NCBI GenBank assembly: GCA_964400795.1
Contig: CAYNWA010000001.1
Span: forward strand, 69,313-133,312
Length of the DNA: 64,000 nt
Source of the DNA: an uncultured Smithella sp.
GTDB taxonomy: Bacteria; Desulfobacterota; Syntrophia; Syntrophales; Smithellaceae
Direction of reading: 5' to 3'
A model generated the notes under the pieces. That model made no database searches, had not been told where the DNA came from, and was given only the letters and a program-made list of their open reading frames with translations. The position numbers and the translations under genes were made by a program. Position 1 is the stretch's first letter. Every line of letters starts with the position of its first letter. Shown piece by piece: positions 47,621-56,861 of the stretch.

Positions 47621-48277
47621 ATGTGGCAATCCATTATTCCCAAGGCGCCTAAAGACATCAGCGTTGATGATTTCTTCACCAAATTTGTTCCAGATCGATT
47701 CAATCAGCTAAAAAACTCGCTCAACGCTATAGACTTCTCTTTCTTGACCGGCAGGGATTTTAAGATGCAGTTTAACATAGGAGGCAAGGTTTATTCGGTA
47801 ACGTTCAGGAACGGGAAGGATCTGAAGGTAACCAGAGGTTCGATTGACGGGGCTAATTTTATTGTCACTCTTTCTGAAAAAGACTGGCGCGATGCCGCTT
47901 CAGGCAAATTCAACGAGCTGGCGGATGATTTCACTGGCAATCAGGCCTCGTTTATCGATGCAAATCATTACGAAACCTTGATGTCCATGAATGGCACGGT
48001 AAATATGAATCTCAGGAAGAAAGATGGCGTCAATTTTCCCCTGAGCTTAGTCTTTAATGGTGAAGAAAGTCCTTCCGTAACCGTTCACCTGGATATGCTG
48101 GACGCATTACAACTGATGAATCAGACGACAACCGGTCTTCGTCTGCTCATGAACGGAAAGCTCAAGTTCACGGGCAGTATTCTACTGCTAATGAAATTAC
48201 AAAACCTCATACAGGGGATAACCGGCCTGGGCAGTATTGCTCTCGATAAAAAAAAATTTTTATCAGAAACTTCTTAG
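47621..48277 (+). CDS. SCP2 sterol/lipid-carrier-like domain protein
   Basis: The ATG at 47621 has a GGGAGA RBS. The C-terminal LLMNGKLKFTGSILLLMKLQNL matches the SCP2 tail pattern. Confidence 0.55.
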   Translation: MWQSIIPKAPKDISVDDFFTKFVPDRFNQLKNSLNAIDFSFLTGRDFKMQFNIGGKVYSVTFRNGKDLKVTRGSIDGANFIVTLSEKDWRDAASGKFNELADDFTGNQASFIDANHYETLMSMNGTVNMNLRKKDGVNFPLSLVFNGEESPSVTVHLDMLDALQLMNQTTTGLRLLMNGKLKFTGSILLLMKLQNLIQGITGLGSIALDKKKFLSETS

Positions 48278-48307
48278 AAAAATAAAATTTTATCAGGAGG
48301 AGTTAGC

Positions 48308-48562
48308 ATGGATTATCAAACCATACGAAAAAAAATTATCGATATCATAGCGGAGATTGCCATTGATGAGGACATTTCGACCCTTGACGACAATATAAGG
48401 TTAAGAGAGCAGCTTGATTTGGATTCCATGGATTTTCTGGATATCGTCATGGAATTGAAAAAGCGATATAAAATTGAAGTTCCCACCGAAGATTATATGA
48501 AACTGGCAACATTGAAAGGGTGTATAGAATATCTGGGCCCCAAATTCTCCTTTAGTTCATAA
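48308..48562 (+). CDS. acyl carrier protein (stand-alone)
   Basis: 84 aa with an AGGAGG RBS. LDLDSMDFLDIVMELKKRY carries the phosphopantetheine-attachment DS(L/M)D motif at the start of helix II. Confidence 0.8.
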   Translation: MDYQTIRKKIIDIIAEIAIDEDISTLDDNIRLREQLDLDSMDFLDIVMELKKRYKIEVPTEDYMKLATLKGCIEYLGPKFSFSS

Positions 48563-48711
48563 TAACAAATTATGATAACGTCGAAACGGGCGCAGGCATT
48601 TCAGGAGCCGTGGCTGTTTTTTACCGGTACGGCTGATAGAAAAGAAAAAATCCTTCAGCAATCCGGAAATGATAATGATCATTAGAATGGTGAGTTCGTT
48701 GACGAGGCGGC

Positions 48712-49791
48712 ATGATTATGGAACAACAATACGAAACAGAATTTATTTTTAAATATTGGTTAAAATTTAAAAATATTCTAATGGATGGCATTATTATTGG
48801 CGCGGCCAATACAATGTTTGCCCTTGCTGCCACCGTCATCGGTCCCTTTAAGAACTTTCTGCCCAATTTCATCATGGCGCATTCGTTAGGCATTACGGTT
48901 TCTTTAGCCATCCTATTTTCGGTATTGATTTTCAGACCGCGTACATGGAAATTATTTTTGCTCATTGCCGGCATCGACATTTGTTTCGGATTATTTATCG
49001 GGTTGCAGATTAGCTTTATTATTTTGCGATATTTCTTTGATATTGTCCTAAGCTGGCAGACACAAAATCTCGGTCCACAGGCTATGCTTGCCGGTATTAT
49101 GGCCAGCGCTGTCATCCTATATTTTTTAACAACAAAAATCAGATTGAGATATCGCAATGAAATGATCGAACAGGAAAAAATTAAGCGTATGGCGGTTGAG
49201 AAAGAATCCCTGCTGGCAAATCTGAGAATGCTGCAAGCGCAGATAGAGCCTCATTTTCTGTTCAATACTCTTTCCAATATCCTGAGCCTTATTGACACCA
49301 AGCCGGATAAGGGCAAATCCATGCTTTTGGATTTGACAAAATATCTTCGTACCTCCTTATCTCGAACCTTACCGGAAAAAACCATGCTGTCCCAGGAAAT
49401 TACCATGATTAAAGCCTATCTTGATATCCAAAAAATCAGAATGGACGAGCGCCTGAATTATACGATTGACGTTCCGGATAATCTTTGGCAACATCCTTTT
49501 CCACCAATGCTCTTGCAGCCGCTGGTCGAAAATGCCCTTAAGCACGGATTGGAACCTAAAGTGGAAGGCGGAGAAATCGTCATCCGGGCAATCCGGGATA
49601 ACGGCCTTTTAAAAGTGGAAGTTTCGGATACCGGCCTGGGATTTTCCGATTTCGACACATCGCGCGTGGGCATTGCTAATGTGCGGGAACGCCTTGGTTT
49701 GCTCTTCGGTGAAAAAGGACGATTAATCATAGAAGAAAACAAACCTCACGGTGTCCGGGCCATCATAGAGGTGCCGATAAGTGAGCTATAA
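48712..49791 (+). CDS. LytS/YehU-type sensor histidine kinase
   Basis: An N-terminal multi-TM region is followed by LQAQIEPHFLFNTLSNI (His_kinase PF06580-type H-box) and an HATPase region (LVENALKHG, DTGLGF). Confidence 0.8.
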   Translation: MIMEQQYETEFIFKYWLKFKNILMDGIIIGAANTMFALAATVIGPFKNFLPNFIMAHSLGITVSLAILFSVLIFRPRTWKLFLLIAGIDICFGLFIGLQISFIILRYFFDIVLSWQTQNLGPQAMLAGIMASAVILYFLTTKIRLRYRNEMIEQEKIKRMAVEKESLLANLRMLQAQIEPHFLFNTLSNILSLIDTKPDKGKSMLLDLTKYLRTSLSRTLPEKTMLSQEITMIKAYLDIQKIRMDERLNYTIDVPDNLWQHPFPPMLLQPLVENALKHGLEPKVEGGEIVIRAIRDNGLLKVEVSDTGLGFSDFDTSRVGIANVRERLGLLFGEKGRLIIEENKPHGVRAIIEVPISEL

Positions 49792-50551
49792 AGCCATCAT
49801 TGCTGACGATGAGAAAGAACTGAGGACTTATCTCAAAAGAATGCTTGCGGAGACCTGGCCGCAACTGGAAATTTGCGGCGAAGCAATCAACGGCAAAGAA
49901 GCGCTGAAGATGGTCGATGCGTATGCTCCTCATGTTGCGTTTCTGGATATTAAAATGCCCGGGCTTTCCGGCCTGGATGTGGCCAGGAAAATCGCCGACA
50001 CCTGCCGGATTGTGTTTATCACCGCCTTTGATCAATACGCTGTCGAAGCATTTGAGCACGAAGCGGTGGATTACCTGGTCAAGCCGGTAACAAAAGAACG
50101 GTTACTTCAAACGATTAATCGCCTGAAAAAACAACTTCAATCATCTCCGGAACCGCCGGATGGTCTTGCCGCGATGATAACAAAGGTACTGACCAATCTG
50201 CAGAACAATGCCCCTGCGGGCTATCGTTATCTGCAATGGATTAAAACGCAACATAAAACAAACGTCCGGCTGATTTCCGTTGAAGAGGTTGATTATTTCC
50301 AGGCCGGAGACAAATATACACTGGTGATCACAGCGCAGGAAGAAGCGTTAATCAAAAAAAGCATCAAAGAATTAAGCCAGGAGCTTGATCCGCAAAAATT
50401 TTGGCAAATCCATCGCGGTACAATCGTTAACGTGTCCCGAATTGAAAACGTCGGACGCTCCCTGACCGGCCGTGGCACCCTGAAACTCAAGAACAGACCC
50501 GACACCCTTACCGTCAGCCGTCAATACCTGCATTTATTTAAACAAATGTAA
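49781..50551 (+). CDS. LytR/AlgR-family response regulator (receiver + LytTR DNA-binding domain)
   Basis: The receiver reads IIADDE...FLDIKMPGLSG...ITAF. The LytTR tail reads FWQIHRGTIVNV...LTVSRQY. The GTG start overlaps the kinase stop by 11 nt. Confidence 0.9.
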   Translation: MSYKAIIADDEKELRTYLKRMLAETWPQLEICGEAINGKEALKMVDAYAPHVAFLDIKMPGLSGLDVARKIADTCRIVFITAFDQYAVEAFEHEAVDYLVKPVTKERLLQTINRLKKQLQSSPEPPDGLAAMITKVLTNLQNNAPAGYRYLQWIKTQHKTNVRLISVEEVDYFQAGDKYTLVITAQEEALIKKSIKELSQELDPQKFWQIHRGTIVNVSRIENVGRSLTGRGTLKLKNRPDTLTVSRQYLHLFKQM

Positions 50552-50569
50552 TGAGCCAAAGTGAAAACA

Positions 50570-50800
50570 AGCGTAGCGAAGTTTGAGGCGTAAGGCGAAT
50601 TATCCCCTGAACGCAGTGAATGGGGATAATGAGCTCCTTTATATATCCGGTAGCGCCGCTCGAAGCGTTAGTGGAGCTATCCCAGGCGCAAAGCGCCGTG
50701 GGATAGCGAGCCAAGCTGAGAGCAAACATAGCGCAATCGTCTTACCACGGCACTCCGTGCCTGGTATAATTCGTCCAGCGAACCTCAGCGCACTGCGCTT
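50570..50800. repeat. array of palindromic hairpins between convergent genes
   Basis: Hairpin attatcccc(50599-50607)/ggggataat(50622-50630). Hairpin gctatcccaggcgc(50676-50689)/gcgccgtgggatagc(50693-50707). A bridging pair agctcc/ggagct is also present, plus weaker stems at about 50749-50761 and 50787-50799. Confidence 0.55.
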
Positions 50801-50801
50801 C

Positions 50802-52109
50802 TTAAACTCGGGTCTCATTATCAGCTTGCTCACTACCACCAACGGTTCGAGATTCTTTTAGAGGTTTCCTTGTCAGGAATTCTGACAGGAATAATGCCAG
50901 CAGGGTATAGGTCAGGAACAGGTAATACCCTGATTGAAGGGACGTACCATTCGTGTTTAAGAGCTCCAGCCCCGGGGCTGATGAACTTAGTGTGACGAAC
51001 TGGTTGTCAATAATCCCGTTAAATCCGATATAGGCCATAAAGATGGCAACCACCATGACGTCGGCCATGGACCATTTGCCGGAGTGTAAGACGAAAAACT
51101 TAATGACCGGGTTTTCCTTTGCATTGCGATAATTGAAATAATATCCCATAGTCGACGCTAATTTTAACAGCGGAAATATAATACTGAAGGTAATCAGCAG
51201 GACTCCGACAAACTTCATTTGGAAATCCTTATGCGTAATCATAATCCAGAATACGTCCAGAATACTTTTGCTCTGGAAATAAAATACCTGGTTTTCGAAA
51301 CTGACGGGATGTCCCATCAGCACAAAACTCATCTTTGAGATTTTTGCTTCCAGATCGATGGCGGGGGTGGTGACACCGGCTGTCAGCAGCAGGAAAAGCA
51401 ACCCAACGAGAAGCACATACCGCAAGGGGGTCAAAGGCTGCCTGCTGAAGCCGAAGAAGCCAAAAAGAATAACCGACAGAAGAACCAACGCGACAGACTC
51501 TTTAACAATCCGATCGTGCTTGAATGAAATTGCCTGATTGATTTTGATCCTCGCACTTTCGATATCCTTGGAATCCATCCGCTGAAGGATGCTGCTTACT
51601 TTCGATGTATCCAATTCATGAAAGGTTTTGCTGGAATATTGTTCGAGCTGTTTGTTGAGCAGGGTCTTTATCCGATCCCTGGTTTTTGATTTCGTCAGCT
51701 CATGAATGATGGCATCCGCATATTGAGGAATGCCTTTTTTAAGATCCTCCATATTGATAAACGTATTGATAAAGACTTGTTTAAAGCACCCTAACACAGA
51801 GTCTGAGTTCTCCTGCCTGATTCTCTTGTCGATGGCATTCATAAGTGTCGTCAACAAAATTTCAATCTGCTGCCGGAGCTCACGTTCATTCTTTATCGAC
51901 AAGGATAGCCGATTGATTTCCTCATCAAGAATGACGGTAATTTGCCGTTTCCATTCTTCAACATTGAGAAGACCGTATTTGATGTGGTTGAGTTCGGCAT
52001 AATCGTTTTTGTTCTGTTGGTTGGAAATGGAATTGGCAATGATTTGATGGCACAAAATAACCGATGCGATGATGATAATTATGGATAAGCACAATTTGAG
52101 AAGTTTCAT
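50802..52109 (-). CDS. membrane protein with a C-terminal PqiA-like (paraquat-inducible protein A) domain
   Basis: An N-terminal TM and a long helical soluble region are followed by TM segments and HSGKWSMADVMVVAIFMAYIGF, which resembles the PqiA WSMxDV signature. Confidence 0.5.
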   Translation of the reverse strand: MKLLKLCLSIIIIIASVILCHQIIANSISNQQNKNDYAELNHIKYGLLNVEEWKRQITVILDEEINRLSLSIKNERELRQQIEILLTTLMNAIDKRIRQENSDSVLGCFKQVFINTFINMEDLKKGIPQYADAIIHELTKSKTRDRIKTLLNKQLEQYSSKTFHELDTSKVSSILQRMDSKDIESARIKINQAISFKHDRIVKESVALVLLSVILFGFFGFSRQPLTPLRYVLLVGLLFLLLTAGVTTPAIDLEAKISKMSFVLMGHPVSFENQVFYFQSKSILDVFWIMITHKDFQMKFVGVLLITFSIIFPLLKLASTMGYYFNYRNAKENPVIKFFVLHSGKWSMADVMVVAIFMAYIGFNGIIDNQFVTLSSSAPGLELLNTNGTSLQSGYYLFLTYTLLALFLSEFLTRKPLKESRTVGGSEQADNETRV

Positions 52110-52377
52110 TATGTTGGCCTAAACGAAAAAGGAATTTCCCATCATTGCAGGCAAATCCAATCACAGCAGCTACCGGGAAATCCGCGTTTGATAAGACATC
52201 GCTTGTTCATGGTTGAACTATAAAAATTTCGGTGTTGTATGTCAAATAAATATTGATCCCTAATTGCAAGAAAGCCCACCCGTCATAATTTGCGTTTGCT
52301 TTACTGAAGGAAGCAAGCTAAAAGTATTTTTGGATTGAGATTTAAGTTATCTTTTAAGTTTTAAGAGCGCGGAGGCT

Positions 52378-53682
52378 TCACTTTTGCCCTTTGCCGACAA
52401 GGGATTCAATGGCCTTGCGCTTGATGCCGTCCTTCTTCTCGATGACATCGACGAATTCGATATTGATCGAGACCGAGTCATCGAGCAGACGGCGCAAGTC
52501 TGCCAGCAGTTCTTCGAGTTGTGCGCCGTCATACTGGCTTCCCTTGACGATTTTGATGACGATGAGATCTCTGCGTACCTGTATCACCTTGAATTCCTCC
52601 AGGAGATGGAGGTACTTCTTGATGTACATGGTGAAGGTGTTCAAAAGCTTCAGCGAGGAGACGAATTTTCCGCTCGGCAGGATGAAGCAATCGTCAGCCC
52701 TGCCCTCGAAGGACTGGAGTATTGGGAAACCGATCCCACAGGGACATGCGGCGTCGCTGTATGTCCCCATGTCGCCGATGCGGTAGCGGATGAAAGGCAT
52801 GGCGGGGCTTCGTGTCGTCGTCAGCACGATCTCCCCCATTTCCCCCGGACTGACTTCCTGACCTTTCGAGTCGATGAACTCCACCCACACGTTATCCGTA
52901 AAGATGTGGTAGTTGTGGTGTCGGCACTGGGAGGCAATCATCCAGGTCTCTTCCGTGGAGTATTCGTCGTAGACGGGGCAGTGGAAGGTTTCGGAGATGA
53001 AATTTCGCTGATCCTGGGTCGAGAGCTCCGAGTTGATCCCGATAAATTTGGGCCGGATGTATTTTAGATCATCGGGAGTGACGCGCCTCGCGATTTCGTA
53101 CACCAAAGAGGCGTAACCGACGATGAGATCAGCCCGGGCTTCCCTGAGCTGGGCGATCTGTTCCTCGACGGGAATGGTTGACTTGATATGGATAGTCTGG
53201 AAGAAAGGCCCTACGCGATAATAGGTCAACTTGGTGTATTTGATGTAAGCCATCCTGTGCCAGGGGCGGTATCCGATCATCGTGTACATGCGAAATCCCA
53301 GGGCGACATAGAAGGCATAGGTCGCCTTCGTGTAGATGAACGGCAGAGACCTGCCTGTGGAGCCGGTGGTGGCCGAATAAAAACACGCCTCCCTGTTTAT
53401 CCCGCGGGCGACGATTCCGTCGGGAAAATTCTCTCTGATCTCGTCTTTGGTGACAAAAGGGAGCCGCTTGATGTCTTCGGCGGACCGGATGGAATCGATA
53501 TCCACCCCCGCCTCATCATACTTCCGGCGATAGAAAGGGACATGTTTATAGGCATGCCGGATGGCACGGATCAGACGTCTTTCGCATCGTTTCCTCTGGA
53601 GTCGGGATGGTAAATAGGCGCTGATATGGACATCAAAACAGAACATGAAAAAATACGACAGTAATGTGATCATCTTTATCAT
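52378..53682 (-). CDS. phenylacetate-CoA ligase / coenzyme F390 synthetase-family adenylate-forming enzyme
   Basis: 434 aa with an AGGAGG RBS. YSATTGSTGRSLPF (the (S/T)(S/T)G(S/T)TG motif), YASLVYE, DEYSTEE, IRYRIGD and a small C-terminal ACT-like domain are typical of PaaK/CapK-type enzymes. Confidence 0.8.
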   Translation of the reverse strand: MIKMITLLSYFFMFCFDVHISAYLPSRLQRKRCERRLIRAIRHAYKHVPFYRRKYDEAGVDIDSIRSAEDIKRLPFVTKDEIRENFPDGIVARGINREACFYSATTGSTGRSLPFIYTKATYAFYVALGFRMYTMIGYRPWHRMAYIKYTKLTYYRVGPFFQTIHIKSTIPVEEQIAQLREARADLIVGYASLVYEIARRVTPDDLKYIRPKFIGINSELSTQDQRNFISETFHCPVYDEYSTEETWMIASQCRHHNYHIFTDNVWVEFIDSKGQEVSPGEMGEIVLTTTRSPAMPFIRYRIGDMGTYSDAACPCGIGFPILQSFEGRADDCFILPSGKFVSSLKLLNTFTMYIKKYLHLLEEFKVIQVRRDLIVIKIVKGSQYDGAQLEELLADLRRLLDDSVSINIEFVDVIEKKDGIKRKAIESLVGKGQK

Positions 53683-53737
53683 GACGGGTACCTCCTGTCA
53701 TCATTATTTTCCTTTTTTGTTTTTTCAAAAGACCCCA

Positions 53738-56700
53738 TCATTGAACAGCCCCCTTCCCCTTAACGAGATGGGCAATCTTCTCTTTCCAGTCGTCGAACAT
53801 ATCGTAGGCAGCGGGAACGACGGCCAAGGTAAGGAAAAGCGAAGTCAGAAGTCCCCCGATCAGCGTGATTCCCATCGGGGCGCGCAGATCAGCGCCTTCC
53901 CCGATGCCGAGCGCTACGGGCAGCATGCCGAATACCATGGCGAAGGTGGTCATCAGGATGGGGCGCAGCCGGATGGGCCCTGCCTGCAGAATGGCCTCAC
54001 GCCGGGACAGGCCCCGTTCACGCAGTGTGTTGGTATAGTCGACAAGGAGGATAGCGTTCTTTTTGACCAGGCCCATGAGGAGGACGAGACCGATGAAACT
54101 CACGATGCTCAGGGATTTTCCGAAGATCAGGAGCGCGACGAAAGCCCCGATGAACGAAAGCGGCATGGACAAAAGAATTGTAACGGGATCGATGAGGCTT
54201 TCAAACTGCGACGCCAGAACCATATACGCAAGCAGGATCCCCAGGAGAAGAGCAAACATGAGGTACCGGAAAGATTTTCCCATTTCTTCAGCCTCTCCCG
54301 TGTAGCCGGCGGTGTATCCGGGCGGCAGGATTCTTGCGGATATGGCATCGAGCTCCTCCATGGCCTCGCCCAACGGCTTGCCTTCCAGGTTGGCAAATAT
54401 CCAGATGGTACGCTGCCGGTCCTTCCGCGAAATACTGCTTGGGCCACCCCCCTCTTCAATGGTAATGATATTGTTTAGCTCTACGAGCTTTCCGTCCACA
54501 GCCCGGACATATAGCCGACTGATGTCGGAGGGGCTCATCCTGTCTTTCGGGTTCAGTCTCATCCTGACATCATATCGTCTTCCCTTTACCGTATCCTTGA
54601 ATTTCGTCACATCAACCTCGCCGGACATGAGGAGATTTACCGCTTCCGTAATGGAGGCTACGCTGACTCCCATATTCGTCGCCTTTTCCCGGTCAATGTA
54701 AACGCTTAACTCCGGTTTGCCTGCCTCGATGGATGTGTCGATATCCACGACACCTTTTACCTTGGAAAATTCAGTGACAATGGCCTTGACATATGTTCTG
54801 AGTTCATCGATGGAACCGCCCCGGATGGAATACTGAATGGGAACATTCCGGATTCCGCCTCCGAGAATGGCAACCTCTTCGATCGTGCTTTTCAGGCCCG
54901 GGATTGCGGCAAACGCCTTCCGAAGCTCCGCCATGATTTCCTGCTGAGATTTGTCTCTCTCGGATCTCGGTTTCAGGCTGGTCTGAATAAAGGCCTTGTT
55001 AATCTGTGACATTCTCCCCTGTCCCGCCCCCTGACCAAAGAAAACCGCCGTGACTTCGGGCATAGACCGGACAACCCGCTCTGCCCGACTAAACAGCGCC
55101 CCGGCGTGTTCCACGGAATAATCAATGGGCGCTTCCATCCGGATCATGAACTGGCTCTGGTCTTCGCTTGGTTTGAATTCTTTGCCGATGAACCGGGTAA
55201 TCCACAGGCTGAAGATAAAAAGGATGAGCGCGCCGATGAGGACACTCCGGCGATGGTCGAGACTGAACGTCAGAACGGGTCGATAGGCCTTTTCGATTTT
55301 TTTGTATCCGCGCTCCAGTTTTTCCCCGATCCGCGCCATGGACCCACCCCGGGTTGCGCCTTGAGGGGCGTCCTTTTTTCGGGGACGGAGCAAAATTGAC
55401 GAAAGCATGGGTGTCAAGGTAACCGACACGAGGAGCGAAACGAGGATGGAAAAGACGACGGTCAGGGAGAACTGCATGAAGAACCTCCCGATGATTCCCT
55501 TCATAAAGGCAACGGGCAGAAAAATGACCACTATGGCGAGGGTTGTCGCCATGACCGCGGGCCCGATCTCGCCGGTGGCGAAGGATGCGGCCTCTTTTGG
55601 TGACATTCCGTCTTCGATGTGGCGGTAGATATTCTCGATGACGATGATGGCATCGTCGATGAGAATACCGACAGACAGGGTCAGGGCCAGCATCGTCAGA
55701 TTGTTGAAGGTGAAATCGAACATCCTCATGACCGCGAAGGTGGAGACGATCGAAACAGGCAGGGCAACCGCGCTGATCAGGGTGGTGCGGAAGTTTCTCA
55801 GAAAGACGAAAACTGCGATGATCGCCAGGATCGATCCCAGGATCAGATGCTCTTTCACCTGATCCATTGACTGCTTGATAAATACCGACTGGTCGAAGGC
55901 GATCCGGATGTCTATGCCCGGCGGCAGGCTTTTCCTGATGCGCTCGACTTCTTCCTTAACCCGGTCGATGACCTGGACGGTATTGGTGCCGGTCTGCTTC
56001 TGGATGCCGATACCGACGGAAGAAACGCCGTTAAAACGTGCATACGAACGTCTTTCCTGCGTTCCGTCTTCGGCCCTGCCGATATCTCTCAACCGCACGG
56101 TAGCATCGGCATGAGAGATGATAATGAGATCATTAAAAGAGGAGATATCCTGCAGCGCCCCCTTGACCTTGATGGAGTATTCCTTCGTTAAGCTCTCGAT
56201 GCGTCCACCCGGCATTTCGATATTTTCCCGCTTCAAGGCTGCAGCAACATCGCCCGGCGCGACCCCGTAAGCCGCAAGTTTGTCTCTGTCGAGCCAGATC
56301 CGTATCTGCCGCTTCTGCATACCTGCCAGGCTCAGAGCGCCGACACCCTGGATTTTCTGCAACTGTTCCTTGAGGCTTTCATCCACATAGGTTGACAGAT
56401 CGCGTTGAGACTTTTCCCCTGTCAGGGCCAGCCACAAAACGGGTGTGGCATCGATGTTGACCTTCTGGATGACAGGTTCGATGATATCGTCCGGAAGCTG
56501 GGAACGGACGGCGGAAATCTGCTCCCGTACATCCTGGATGGCAAGATCGATGTCGCGTTCCAGTTCAAATTCCACGATCACGCTGGATACCCCGTCAATG
56601 CTCAGCGAGTTGATCGTTTTCACCCCGTTGATTGAACTGATCGCTTCCTCGATTTTATCCGTTACATCGACATCCATGATTTCGGGGCTTGCCCCGGCCA

Positions 56701-56851
56701 AACCGGTCGTGATGTTGACGAGGGGAAATTCCACTTTGGGAAAGAGATCAACGCCGATCGCCGGATAGCTTACCAGGCCCAGAACGACCAAGGCGAGAAT
56801 GAACATGGTGGCAAGAACGGGGCGTTTGATCGAAGTATCAGAAATCCACAT
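53738..56851 (-). CDS. RND efflux transporter permease (AcrB/HAE-type, 12 TM)
   Basis: MWISDTSIKRPVLATM opens the protein, and it has the two large periplasmic loops. Conserved TM4/TM10 regions are present (LSVGILIDDAIIVIENI, GLVKKNAILLVDY). The track start 56893 lies upstream of the canonical ATG at 56851. Confidence 0.9.
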   Translation of the reverse strand: MWISDTSIKRPVLATMFILALVVLGLVSYPAIGVDLFPKVEFPLVNITTGLAGASPEIMDVDVTDKIEEAISSINGVKTINSLSIDGVSSVIVEFELERDIDLAIQDVREQISAVRSQLPDDIIEPVIQKVNIDATPVLWLALTGEKSQRDLSTYVDESLKEQLQKIQGVGALSLAGMQKRQIRIWLDRDKLAAYGVAPGDVAAALKRENIEMPGGRIESLTKEYSIKVKGALQDISSFNDLIIISHADATVRLRDIGRAEDGTQERRSYARFNGVSSVGIGIQKQTGTNTVQVIDRVKEEVERIRKSLPPGIDIRIAFDQSVFIKQSMDQVKEHLILGSILAIIAVFVFLRNFRTTLISAVALPVSIVSTFAVMRMFDFTFNNLTMLALTLSVGILIDDAIIVIENIYRHIEDGMSPKEAASFATGEIGPAVMATTLAIVVIFLPVAFMKGIIGRFFMQFSLTVVFSILVSLLVSVTLTPMLSSILLRPRKKDAPQGATRGGSMARIGEKLERGYKKIEKAYRPVLTFSLDHRRSVLIGALILFIFSLWITRFIGKEFKPSEDQSQFMIRMEAPIDYSVEHAGALFSRAERVVRSMPEVTAVFFGQGAGQGRMSQINKAFIQTSLKPRSERDKSQQEIMAELRKAFAAIPGLKSTIEEVAILGGGIRNVPIQYSIRGGSIDELRTYVKAIVTEFSKVKGVVDIDTSIEAGKPELSVYIDREKATNMGVSVASITEAVNLLMSGEVDVTKFKDTVKGRRYDVRMRLNPKDRMSPSDISRLYVRAVDGKLVELNNIITIEEGGGPSSISRKDRQRTIWIFANLEGKPLGEAMEELDAISARILPPGYTAGYTGEAEEMGKSFRYLMFALLLGILLAYMVLASQFESLIDPVTILLSMPLSFIGAFVALLIFGKSLSIVSFIGLVLLMGLVKKNAILLVDYTNTLRERGLSRREAILQAGPIRLRPILMTTFAMVFGMLPVALGIGEGADLRAPMGITLIGGLLTSLFLTLAVVPAAYDMFDDWKEKIAHLVKGKGAVQ

Positions 56852-56861
56852 GATGACGTAA

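Noticed and set aside
50570-50800. Possible CRISPR array or tRNA-like structure
   Set aside because: The repeats are inverted, not direct, and are irregularly spaced (about 77 and 64 nt between centres). Arm lengths differ and no cas genes are present. No cloverleaf could be drawn.
52384-53613. + strand ORFs of 131-227 aa (52384..53067, 52391..52786, 53188..53613)
   Set aside because: They are antisense to the PaaK/F390-synthetase-like gene, which has a strong RBS and family motifs. The + strand ORFs have no RBS or motifs.
53645-54478. 277-aa + strand ORF, plus several other + ORFs, inside 53.7-56.8 kb
   Set aside because: They are antisense to the RND permease. The sequence is low-complexity (G/D/E/H/Q-rich), which is typical of the reverse frame of a GC-skewed membrane-protein gene.
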